A stretch of 41,333 nt of DNA from an uncultured archaeon (GTDB lineage Archaea; Asgardarchaeota; Heimdallarchaeia; Heimdallarchaeales; Heimdallarchaeaceae), in the NCBI GenBank assembly GCA_964534625.1, contig CAZHRF010000029.1, positions 1-41,333 of the forward strand, read 5' to 3'. This document shows positions 29,201 through 36,757 of this stretch, one piece after another (positions within the stretch are counted from its first letter, which is position 1; every line of letters starts with the position of its first letter). The notes below the pieces were generated by a model. The model had not been told where the DNA came from and made no database searches. It was given only the letters and a program-made list of their open reading frames with translations. The position numbers and the translations under genes are program-made.

Positions 29201-29290
29201 TGCAGCCATTACTTGACTAGCTGTCCCACTTAAGGTTAGCAATACTAATAATGTTCCTAGCAAGGAACTTAAAATATATTTTGACTTCAT
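26237..29290 (-). CDS. Large acidic surface (S-layer-like) glycoprotein with Ig/CARDB-like segments
   Basis: Signal peptide; repeated (I/V)xN(T/V)G beta-sandwich motifs; many NxS/T sequons; Ser/Thr/Gly linker; TM plus KKRKK; gaggagg SD. Confidence 0.7.
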   Translation of the reverse strand: MKSKYILSSLLGTLLVLLTLSGTASQVMAATNQFGSEMTTQSEPYFIEDLTVVAGIDSAALIKMNLVGGPSTEKPTGTALDKVKNWIFVLSDQEAYDSYLLRRPFKAPDNATLLLQMQTSADVQDAMAVAELYSDYYGIDLWLGAIYDPNIYAFNGGLEGNSKFNDLVTEIQGDITDGFASALSATDIADAPVKTVFVGEGETPYGIQSVRGIYYVDDEAITGTSPYTLSAANIFGGALTASTMEGYKHYSSVKVRFPYTINPSVITPDTDNVAPQITGRMDWDMQYPGWVKRATLDFEVTYTVDHSALLAPRVSVNMAYDHDLLQTEGILQMEYDIINTGTEVAKNVLISYPLGPDFMDLIENKPVLPRLRDDVNISDTIQTNTSVTIYVDYGGAFEGYDDMELTQEVLLFDNWYQYENGTWVDFDETNTEEIVKTESATYDVSGQIGTIDTTISVSNPDGLSNILVNRVKEFLDPIDINNYSYTEVSELLSDYKASLIDGVKNAAKDLFDLLYVNQTLFDPNYQDFDLVNRTVTRFGENRTEWFLETEIATLDVGASTTVQWALENITAPWMTFGAMFWSLVDIPDGDFGKAIELVTNEHNFYEMMQMLLGYADKAGQLAYGRPISFYDAWQDIWISVGARFSYEDTAGFEYFGFSNGINFQLVDDEAVLNVYVELDKLEYTVGDPVQITGYIENVGDIDAHEVDLWLVHGRLGNNWQIVEPEIFYVETVGIIENGTKHEFNVTVDANSFLGIHPVYAVVDFISDYGQPPLEVENFFNPDAPPAVYEGAGETHQWVVSNMAWGLLLPDSEALAPAWPQPVLDITTTVEFDFEDGKPSELTVTVTIENVGGTETDILALQYFNEDELELRWVTTTEGTVSNGSYGGFAVITVEDINLDVNESVEISMHWVFLTNDGCNLPGMVVVYSTAFENELGGGDPTLGGGTSSLMVMNGEAQETDNWEDYGSSTSTGTSAGADVHTGGQERTRFLGSMDFVYITITTLVITAVVTLNKKRKK

Positions 29291-29505
29291 TTTTGACCTC
29301 CTCTTTATAGGTGTCTAATAATAACTATAGAGATAATCTATTATAAAGATTCTTTTTCGATTATATCTAAGTACCACATTCGAAAAAAGTCGAATAACCC
29401 CCCATTTGTTCTTACAACATATATTAAGGCATTAATTCCTTTTCATCATATCTCTAATTTATTTAATTAATTTTTCATTAAATAAAACAAATACGTTTAT
29501 ATCTT

Positions 29506-30462
29506 CTAATTTAAGTTGTTACGAATATTCATTGCTGCATCCTCAGGTAAAGTTCCATTGATAAATGTGCCAGTACTTGTTTCGACAGCACCTAAAAGTT
29601 TTTCCGAGTTAGAGTTACGTTGTGGAGTGTGAATTTTAAAATACAAATGATATCGAAATTGTTTGTTGCAATTGAACGGTTTTTGATGTAAAGAAAGAGA
29701 GTAACTTATTTCTTTTTTAAAATGCTTATTTAGTGCAAGTATACATTTAGGAAGCAAAAATGCAAAACTTTCTAATTCTCTTCGTGTACTTTGTCTAAAG
29801 TCCCCATAATGTCTTTTTGGATAGATAAAAATATCATATGCATACTGTGAAAAATAGGGTACTAGTGCTTCAATATAATTATCTTCATATATTATTTGAC
29901 TCTTATTTTGCTGTTCAATCAACAAATACTCACAGACCATGCATTTTTTCTCTTTTTTAAAATATTCATCAATAACATTAATTTCTGTTTCAATTAGTTT
30001 AGGTACAAATGATAATCCATATATTTGTCCATGTGGATGAATAATGGATGCCCCCACTGCTTTTCCATAGTTTTCAAATGGTAGTACATATTTGATTTTT
30101 TGATCTTTTGTGATATCTTTTGTCGCTTCCATCCAGATATTAAAGATTTCCAATATCTCTTCTTTATTTAAGTCTACAAATTTTGCATCATGTTTATCCG
30201 TATATATAACAATTTCACTCTTACCATACCCGCCTGCCTTTTTATGAAATTTACCCATTAGTACTTTTAGAGTTGAAACAGTAGTATTGAGGGAAGGATA
30301 TTTGTTTGGCAATCTTAGTGGTCCTTTAAATTCAGGTATTTCTTCTGAACCCGGACAAAATGGGCATTCATCCTTATTCCTATTTGGTCTATCCTGTCTT
30401 TTTGGAGAATATATTATCCATTCATCTGTAAAGGGATTATATCTTATTTCTGGATTAGACAT
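29506..30462 (-). CDS. galT: Galactose-1-phosphate uridylyltransferase
   Basis: RYNPFTDEWII.SPKRQDRP, CPFCPG, NKYPSL, FENYG..VGASIIHPHGQ. Confidence 0.93.
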   Translation of the reverse strand: MSNPEIRYNPFTDEWIIYSPKRQDRPNRNKDECPFCPGSEEIPEFKGPLRLPNKYPSLNTTVSTLKVLMGKFHKKAGGYGKSEIVIYTDKHDAKFVDLNKEEILEIFNIWMEATKDITKDQKIKYVLPFENYGKAVGASIIHPHGQIYGLSFVPKLIETEINVIDEYFKKEKKCMVCEYLLIEQQNKSQIIYEDNYIEALVPYFSQYAYDIFIYPKRHYGDFRQSTRRELESFAFLLPKCILALNKHFKKEISYSLSLHQKPFNCNKQFRYHLYFKIHTPQRNSNSEKLLGAVETSTGTFINGTLPEDAAMNIRNNLN

Positions 30463-30558
30463 TGAACTATCTCCGTAAACCTACTACAAACATTCCATTT
30501 TATATGTTTCTCAACAGCTTCACCAGATTTCCAAAATATTTTTATTACGAAAAAGAAA

Positions 30559-31791
30559 GTGATACTTGTGTATTCGACAATTTTACTCCATGCCAATCTT
30601 CAATATGCAGAAATCCCAAAAGAAGAGATTTCTAAAGTAGTGGAAAGGAGTTATCTTCCTGTTTTAGAGTCTTTAGTAAATTATCCTTCAGTAGCTGTTA
30701 CCCTTAATTTTACTGGTGTAACTTTAGAAATTTTGAAAGATAAATATCCAGAGGTTATTGATGTTTTAAAGGAGGGTATTCGTAAAGGTAAATTTGAGCT
30801 CACTGCTTGTGGGTATTCCCACCCCATTTTTCCATTATTACCACAAAAAGATTGTGAGAAACAGATAGAATTTCATCTAGAGGTATTAAAAGATAGCTTG
30901 GATTATACACCCGCAGGGTTCTGGTTACCTGAACTTGCCTATGATCCCACTTTACCCAGAATCTTAAAAAAAATGGGTATTAAATATACATTTTTTGATG
31001 ACGAGTTATATGAATTGAGTTCTCCTCTAAAAAATGATAATCAACCTTTTAATTCCCCAATAATGACATCTGACATCTTTCTTTTGAACTTAATGAAAGC
31101 AAAATCTATTCCTAGGCAACTAATTGAATTCTTTCGTACATTACGAAATATAACCAAGATGTGTAAAAAAACCGATTTTTCTCCCGTAGAACTAAAAGGA
31201 GCAAAAGGAACAATCACAGGATTGCGAGCGCCCAAATCGTGGGTAATCCTTTCTTATGCATCCATGTTAGGATATCCTTTTTTGAACCAAAAAAAAGCTA
31301 TTAGAATCTTGAAGAAGTATAAGAAATCTTCTGGACTAGTTATGCCCTACTGCATGGATATTGAATTTTTTGGTTATAGAAGTTATATAGGGGGAAGACT
31401 AGTTACAGAAAAACATCTTATTGATTTCATTGATAAAATGATACAAATTGATGGAAATGAGATGATACTTCCGTCAAAGTATTTGGATACACACAAATCT
31501 TTAGAGATAGGATATATGAAAACGGGTAGCTGGGCACCCGATCGACGCTTAGACATCTGGACAAAAGATGAAGACAACGCGAAACTTGAACGATTGTGCC
31601 AAGAAGTTCGAGATTATATGAGACTTTTACCTGATAATGACATTGATAGAGAAATATGGAAAAACCTTCTCCTTGCTGAAAATAGTGATGGTCGGGGATG
31701 GGATCCCATTTGTCAAAGAAGACTTGATTGTTATTCCCATGCTCTTGAAGCCCTTAGATTAATTAAAGAAAAAATTTCAAGACCAACTTAA
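30559..31791 (+). CDS. GH57 glycoside hydrolase, Thermococcales-type alpha-galactosidase
   Basis: HANLQYAEIP, YSHPIFPLL, FWLPELAYDP (nucleophile Glu), DIEFFGY, SWAPD, AENSDGRGW. Confidence 0.85.
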   Translation: MILVYSTILLHANLQYAEIPKEEISKVVERSYLPVLESLVNYPSVAVTLNFTGVTLEILKDKYPEVIDVLKEGIRKGKFELTACGYSHPIFPLLPQKDCEKQIEFHLEVLKDSLDYTPAGFWLPELAYDPTLPRILKKMGIKYTFFDDELYELSSPLKNDNQPFNSPIMTSDIFLLNLMKAKSIPRQLIEFFRTLRNITKMCKKTDFSPVELKGAKGTITGLRAPKSWVILSYASMLGYPFLNQKKAIRILKKYKKSSGLVMPYCMDIEFFGYRSYIGGRLVTEKHLIDFIDKMIQIDGNEMILPSKYLDTHKSLEIGYMKTGSWAPDRRLDIWTKDEDNAKLERLCQEVRDYMRLLPDNDIDREIWKNLLLAENSDGRGWDPICQRRLDCYSHALEALRLIKEKISRPT

Positions 31792-31798
31792 GTGCGAT

Positions 31799-31851
31799 TT
31801 TTTCTTATTTTTCTTATTTTTCTTATTTTTCTTGTTTTTCTTGTTTTCTTT
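31799..31851 (+). repeat. 9-bp tandem repeat (tttttcttR, about 6 copies), probable terminator
   Basis: Directly visible after the GH57 stop codon. Confidence 0.7.
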
Positions 31852-31962
31852 CCGTTAAATTAGTTATTATAACAACAATATTTATATTTATATGGTCTAT
31901 ATCATACTTACGTTATTATCTTTATATGTAATGCTGAAAAATACTCTAAAGAGGATTCATTT

Positions 31963-32793
31963 ATGGAGATCGAAATATACATACATAGCGATGAATGTGA
32001 CCATTGTAGTCCATCATTCAAATTCTTAACTGCTGTTCTTAGTACCTTAAAAACCGATAAAATCAAACTTAAAGTACATCAAGTTGAAAAGAACAAAGAA
32101 ACTGCAATTAATAATGCCATACCTATTAATCAATTACCTGTCATAGTTCTTCCTTCAGGTTGTAAAATTACTGGGTCTTTATCACATGAATTAATAGGGA
32201 CGCTTGTGTGTTCTTTATTAACGGGGTCAAAAGTTCCTGTACAATCCTCGGATAAATTTGACATTGACTCTAAAGATGCTTCACTTCTTATTGAATTAGC
32301 ATCCGCTATGATTGAGTATCAAGCAGCTTATACAATAAGAAGAGATAGAGCATATACATTTATTATCAAAGAGAGTACGAAAAACGTACCCCTTGAAAGG
32401 TACAAAGAGTTAGCACAACATACCAAAATTATGTTGCTTACAAACTTTGATGAACGACCAGATATTAAATTATATGAGCTTGGTTTAGATAAAAATGTCT
32501 TTTTAGGTCACATATTTAGAGACAACATGGTGATGGCTGCAAATCTTATCATCTGGCGTGACAGAGCTAATCATGTTACTTATTTTAGATTAAAAAGAAC
32601 TAACAGTAAATATACTGGTGAATGCTCTACATTACTAGGAGATGGAAAAAAGACAATAAAGACCTTCTTTAAACCATTATTTATGACCGCATCCACAATT
32701 AATAACGAGGGGCATAGTGGAGAGGGTCAAAATAGAATAGTTGCAAGTGTAAAAGAAGTTAGCACAGATCTTAACCGCTTGTTGAAAAAATAA
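31963..32793 (+). CDS. Thioredoxin-like (CxxC) domain fused to a probable DICT sensory domain
   Basis: N-terminal IEIYIHSDECDHC...QLPVIVL...ITG; C-terminal LIELASAMIEYQA...TF..ES....ERYKELA; gagg SD. Confidence 0.6.
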   Translation: MEIEIYIHSDECDHCSPSFKFLTAVLSTLKTDKIKLKVHQVEKNKETAINNAIPINQLPVIVLPSGCKITGSLSHELIGTLVCSLLTGSKVPVQSSDKFDIDSKDASLLIELASAMIEYQAAYTIRRDRAYTFIIKESTKNVPLERYKELAQHTKIMLLTNFDERPDIKLYELGLDKNVFLGHIFRDNMVMAANLIIWRDRANHVTYFRLKRTNSKYTGECSTLLGDGKKTIKTFFKPLFMTASTINNEGHSGEGQNRIVASVKEVSTDLNRLLKK

Positions 32794-32816
32794 ACTTTTT
32801 TTCTTTTCTTCATTCA

Positions 32817-32996
32817 TTATTCTTTTAATACTCCATACCCGTCACATCGAGAATATTTAATGACGCAAGAACCATCTCTTGTTTGATAATATTTACAGAA
32901 ACCCCCGTGAACTGCTTCATACTTCGGACAGTTAGCATCAGGATTACTATTATTATCTTCTTTCTTAGACCCTTTTGGAAGTGGTATATCGACCAT
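32817..32996 (-). CDS. Small Cys-rich protein (59 aa), absent from the ORF track
   Basis: MVDIPLPKGSKKEDNNSNPDANCPKYEAVHGGFCKYYQTRDGSCVIKYSRCDGYGVLKE*; preceded by SD-like ggaagga. Confidence 0.65.
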   Translation of the reverse strand: MVDIPLPKGSKKEDNNSNPDANCPKYEAVHGGFCKYYQTRDGSCVIKYSRCDGYGVLKE

Positions 32997-33040
32997 ACTT
33001 TATCATCCTTCCTTTATATTAAATATTTTACCGTATACAA

Positions 33041-33181
33041 CTATCTGTATTTATAATGTGGATTTAATCGCTCACAATTTGGACAGTATTCATCATCTCT
33101 TGTTAAGATCGTTCTACATCCAGTACATTTGAAGGTTTCGTCATAATTGCTTTTATCTTTATGCAATTGATGTTCATTCAT
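33041..33181 (-). CDS. Small zinc-ribbon protein (46 aa), absent from the ORF track
   Basis: MNEHQLHKDKSNYDETFKCTGCRTILTRDDEYCPNCERLNPHYKYR*; CxxC-x10-CPxC. Confidence 0.75.
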   Translation of the reverse strand: MNEHQLHKDKSNYDETFKCTGCRTILTRDDEYCPNCERLNPHYKYR

Positions 33182-33239
33182 TTGTATACTATGTTAGAAA
33201 ACACTAATTTAACTATTTTGTATAGGTAAAATTTTTTAC

Positions 33240-33421
33240 TTAACTAGTTTCTTGAAAGTCCTGAGGGATGTAGAATCCTCGAAGAGTTTGGAGTATCTAT
33301 CGTACGTACTGTCGGGACGACAGGAACTACAGACGACGCTTGTGCAGAAGAGATCAGTCCTCCTTTCGAGGCTACTTCGATGAAGCAAGAACCCATCTGC
33401 CTGTAGGCAGTGGTAGTTCAT
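33240..33421 (+). mobile_element. Non-autonomous IS200/IS605 miniature (PATE-like), lacking tnpA and tnpB
   Basis: GC-rich island. TTAC target at 33236-33239; AAAG at +16..+19; left hairpin 33263-33280; right end GAAC-ccatctgcctgtaggcagtgg-tagTTCA(T). Confidence 0.8.
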
Positions 33422-33437
33422 CATAAAATAATTTCCT
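33306..33437 (+). ncRNA. TnpB omega-RNA (reRNA) scaffold plus putative flanking guide
   Basis: tactgtcgggacgacaggaa...acgcttgtgcagaagag.tcagtcct...ggctacttcgatgaagcaagaa-hairpin-tagttca follows the typical IS605 right-end RNA layout. Boundaries are approximate. Confidence 0.7.
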
Positions 33438-33542
33438 ACAAGACAAAATTTCTTGTGTACTAGGAATTTATTACTTCAATTTCAAAATCCTTATTTATCT
33501 TTCAAGTGTAGAAATATAAAAAGTATATATGAGGTTTTTAAT

Positions 33543-35066
33543 ATGGAAAAACTAAAAATTAAACTTGAACCTTCATTAAACAAAAAAAGCAATTATGCAC
33601 TTATTAATGCAGATTATGCTCACAAATATAATTTATTACCTGGAGAATTAATTGAACTAACTCCTTATAACATTGGCTTAAAAGTATTTACTAGTGACTC
33701 TTATCCAGAAGAACACATTGGAATATCAAAAAATACTATTGATGAATCTGGTATGAAAGTTGGTGAGAAGGTTTCTATTAAACAGATTATAAATGAGGAT
33801 ATTATTCATTTATTGCATAAAAAAATGCGTTCAGAATCTTTAAAAGAAGAAGAACTTAACTTGATTTTTTCTGCTATTGATAAAAACTTAATGCATCCAC
33901 CCCAAATTGCGGTTTTGATGTCATTATTTCAAGTTGTTGGGATGTCTCATAGTGAAACGACTTCAATGGCAAAAGCTATTTTAAACACATCTAGAACCCT
34001 TACTATTAAGAGATCCCCTGTTGTGGATAAACATTCTATTGGTGGCATTGCTGGGAATAGGATCACCCCCATTATGATCCCTATAATTGCTGCTTCGGGA
34101 TTAGCAATTCCCAAAATATCAACACGAGCGATCACCTCACCTGCAGGTACTATTGATACAGCAGAATTATACATGCCTTGTGACTTAACTTTGTCTGAGA
34201 TGTCTGAAATTGTTGAAAATACGGGAGGATGTATTGTATCTGGAAAAAACGTAGGGATAGCTGATGTTTCCGATAAAATCATATCTGTTGTAAAAAACAT
34301 TAAAATTGATCCCAGAGAATTCATGATTGCAAGCATTTTAGCTAAAAAAATAGCAGCAGGAAGTAAATATGTATTAATAGATCTTCCAACAGGTAAAACA
34401 GCAAAATTAATAGGAAGAGATGAAGCCCATGAAGTCGGGAGTCTTTTTACATCAATAGGGTACTCCCTTAAACTAAAATTGGATTGTATAATCAGTCCAG
34501 GGGACAGGCCAATAGGTACAATGATCGGTCCTGCATTAGAAGCTAAGGATTGTTTGACCATTTTAAAGAATGAAGGTGGAAGTACAGATTTACGTTCAAA
34601 AGCACTATCACTTGCGGGTATTATTTTAGAGAGTCAAAATTGGTGCCCCAGAGGATATGGATATGAATATGCACAAGATGTATTAACCAGCGGAAAAGCA
34701 TATGAAAAATTCAAGGAAATTGTCGATAAACAAGGGGGAGATAAAAATATACGCGTAGATGACTTACCGACAGCAAGTGAAATAGTCACAATTAATTCGG
34801 AATCAAACGGAGTAATCTACGGAATTGACAGTGGTAATATTACTACTTTAGCTAGACAAGCTGGAGCGCCTATTGACAAAACTGCAGGAATAAAAATATT
34901 AGTTAACCGGGGAGATAAAATCAAGAAAGATGACCCATTATTTGAAATTCATTCTACATCCTCATCAAGGCTCTCTTCAGCAGTAGAACTAGCCAACCGT
35001 GATTTCAATCCAATTCATATGGAAAAAATGGTCCTTGAGGTTATACGAGGACCTAAAGAGCTATAA
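33543..35066 (+). CDS. AMP phosphorylase (thymidine phosphorylase family, archaeal type)
   Basis: N-terminal extra domain; DKHSIGGIAGNRIT, PKISTRAITSPAGTID, ASILAKK, IGPALEA, AGAP.DK.AG; gagg SD before ATG 33543. Confidence 0.92.
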   Translation: MEKLKIKLEPSLNKKSNYALINADYAHKYNLLPGELIELTPYNIGLKVFTSDSYPEEHIGISKNTIDESGMKVGEKVSIKQIINEDIIHLLHKKMRSESLKEEELNLIFSAIDKNLMHPPQIAVLMSLFQVVGMSHSETTSMAKAILNTSRTLTIKRSPVVDKHSIGGIAGNRITPIMIPIIAASGLAIPKISTRAITSPAGTIDTAELYMPCDLTLSEMSEIVENTGGCIVSGKNVGIADVSDKIISVVKNIKIDPREFMIASILAKKIAAGSKYVLIDLPTGKTAKLIGRDEAHEVGSLFTSIGYSLKLKLDCIISPGDRPIGTMIGPALEAKDCLTILKNEGGSTDLRSKALSLAGIILESQNWCPRGYGYEYAQDVLTSGKAYEKFKEIVDKQGGDKNIRVDDLPTASEIVTINSESNGVIYGIDSGNITTLARQAGAPIDKTAGIKILVNRGDKIKKDDPLFEIHSTSSSRLSSAVELANRDFNPIHMEKMVLEVIRGPKEL

Positions 35067-35094
35067 GAACTCTAAAAGTGATAACAGGTGTATT

Positions 35095-35625
35095 ATGCTG
35101 ACTACTGACAGGCATTTTACTTATCATTTTTTTGATTTACCTATTGGGTATAATTTTCAAAATTTGATTTTAGCATTAAAAACAGACAAAAATAAGAACT
35201 CTCGTAAATCAATACTTCAACTGATAGATCCTGAATACCTTGTAAGTGAAAGACAAATAGCTGTTGGCTTATTTCATGTAGAAAAAGTTTTTGAAGATAA
35301 CAATAACATTTCCAATGAAAAAGGAACAGAACTATTACTGCATTTAGCAGGAAAAAGACAGATAAGAAAAGCATTAAAGGATTTTGGGATTAAAAATAAC
35401 ACAAAATATATTTTTTTAATAGCATTTGGGGGAACGAGTGAGCAAAATTCTCAAGAGCTAACAACGTTTGTTCAACGACATATACTAGAAAAATATAAAC
35501 TAGAAAATATAGCCCTTCCTATTTCTCCTCTTTCAAAACTGGCTGAATATTATGATTCCCCAGAAGATATAACGCAAATAGAAAAAAATGCATTGGAACG
35601 AATGGCTTATTTAGCCTTAGAATAA
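35095..35625 (+). CDS. cgi121: KEOPS complex subunit Cgi121
   Basis: QLIDPEYLVSERQI, ELLLHLAGKRQIRKALKDFGI, terminal LERMA. Start ATG 35095. Confidence 0.88.
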   Translation: MLTTDRHFTYHFFDLPIGYNFQNLILALKTDKNKNSRKSILQLIDPEYLVSERQIAVGLFHVEKVFEDNNNISNEKGTELLLHLAGKRQIRKALKDFGIKNNTKYIFLIAFGGTSEQNSQELTTFVQRHILEKYKLENIALPISPLSKLAEYYDSPEDITQIEKNALERMAYLALE

Positions 35626-35634
35626 GGGGAAAGA

Positions 35635-36675
35635 TCAGCCTTGTATCCAGTTTCTAAGCAATCCTAGTCCCATTTCAATATATTGCTTTTTTATTTCTTT
35701 TATTCTACTCAGTTCATTAATTTTTTCTTCAGAATTACTAAAAAGCATAGGCACTAACTTTCCAGCTTCTGGAAGCACACTACTTACACCTGCAGCAGTA
35801 AAAGATTGTTTTCCACTCCCCGTTAAAGGTATATTTTCAGATTCAACTAAAAACTTATTGAACCACAAAGGATGAGCTGAAAGCAACTTCAATCCATTAG
35901 AAATATTGTAAGAATCTTTTTTCTGTATATGAGAATTAAACTTTTCAAGAGCCACTTTATTTGGATGAAATACATTACGCGAAAGAATGCCTTTAACATA
36001 TGCTTGAATTGTTCTCGGTTGTTCAATAACATGAAAAGGAATAATAGTAGAAACATCAGTAATAGTAGCATCAATAGTATCAGATCTATATATCTTTTCA
36101 GAGGTATATATTTTACCCAAAAGATCAAGAGAAAGGCACAATCCATTAATTTCAAAGCATGAATCAAGATAATTATCTCGATCAATAGCAAATTCAGAAT
36201 AAAAAATACCCGGACCAAAGATAACCGAGATCCGTTCTTGAGTTATTTCTTTAAAGGTGTGCGTTTCATCAACCAGCATAACAACGGTATCATGACGTAA
36301 TTCCTTCACTTGTTTCCCTAAATAAAAACCTTTCATAGGCGTACCTACTAGTTTGGTCCAAGAAGGGATAATTAAAAGAGAATTCAATTTTCTTGATTTT
36401 ATTTCAGATAATCGCATTTTCTTTTTTGTATCTTCTAATTCCAATAGTTCTTTGTCTATTTTTCTGAATATTTGCTCTTTTTCAGGTACTCGACGGGGAT
36501 ATCCTTCTTCTACCATAAAGGCTATCAATTCACGCATGGGTATATCTCCAGTATCAAAATTATACATATCTCCACTCCCATAGAACTCTTTTAATAAATG
36601 GAGCAATTTTACCTTTTTGTCTATTTTTTTGTATTCTTTAGACTCTTTAATGGATAAATCTTTGGCTGGCATCAT
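35635..36675 (-). CDS. Hypothetical protein (346 aa)
   Basis: Long ORF with normal composition; no motif recognised. Confidence 0.75.
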   Translation of the reverse strand: MMPAKDLSIKESKEYKKIDKKVKLLHLLKEFYGSGDMYNFDTGDIPMRELIAFMVEEGYPRRVPEKEQIFRKIDKELLELEDTKKKMRLSEIKSRKLNSLLIIPSWTKLVGTPMKGFYLGKQVKELRHDTVVMLVDETHTFKEITQERISVIFGPGIFYSEFAIDRDNYLDSCFEINGLCLSLDLLGKIYTSEKIYRSDTIDATITDVSTIIPFHVIEQPRTIQAYVKGILSRNVFHPNKVALEKFNSHIQKKDSYNISNGLKLLSAHPLWFNKFLVESENIPLTGSGKQSFTAAGVSSVLPEAGKLVPMLFSNSEEKINELSRIKEIKKQYIEMGLGLLRNWIQG

Positions 36676-36757
36676 AATAACCTTTTTTGGATTGTAACTA
36701 GTATTATATCTGATTTTATATAGAATACTATTTATTTAATCTTTGCCGTTCTATCAG

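Noticed and set aside
33236-33424. 62-aa ORF and a C/D-box-like UGAUGA...CUGA on the minus strand
   Set aside because: Fully explained as the antisense of the IS200/IS605 ends and omega-RNA.
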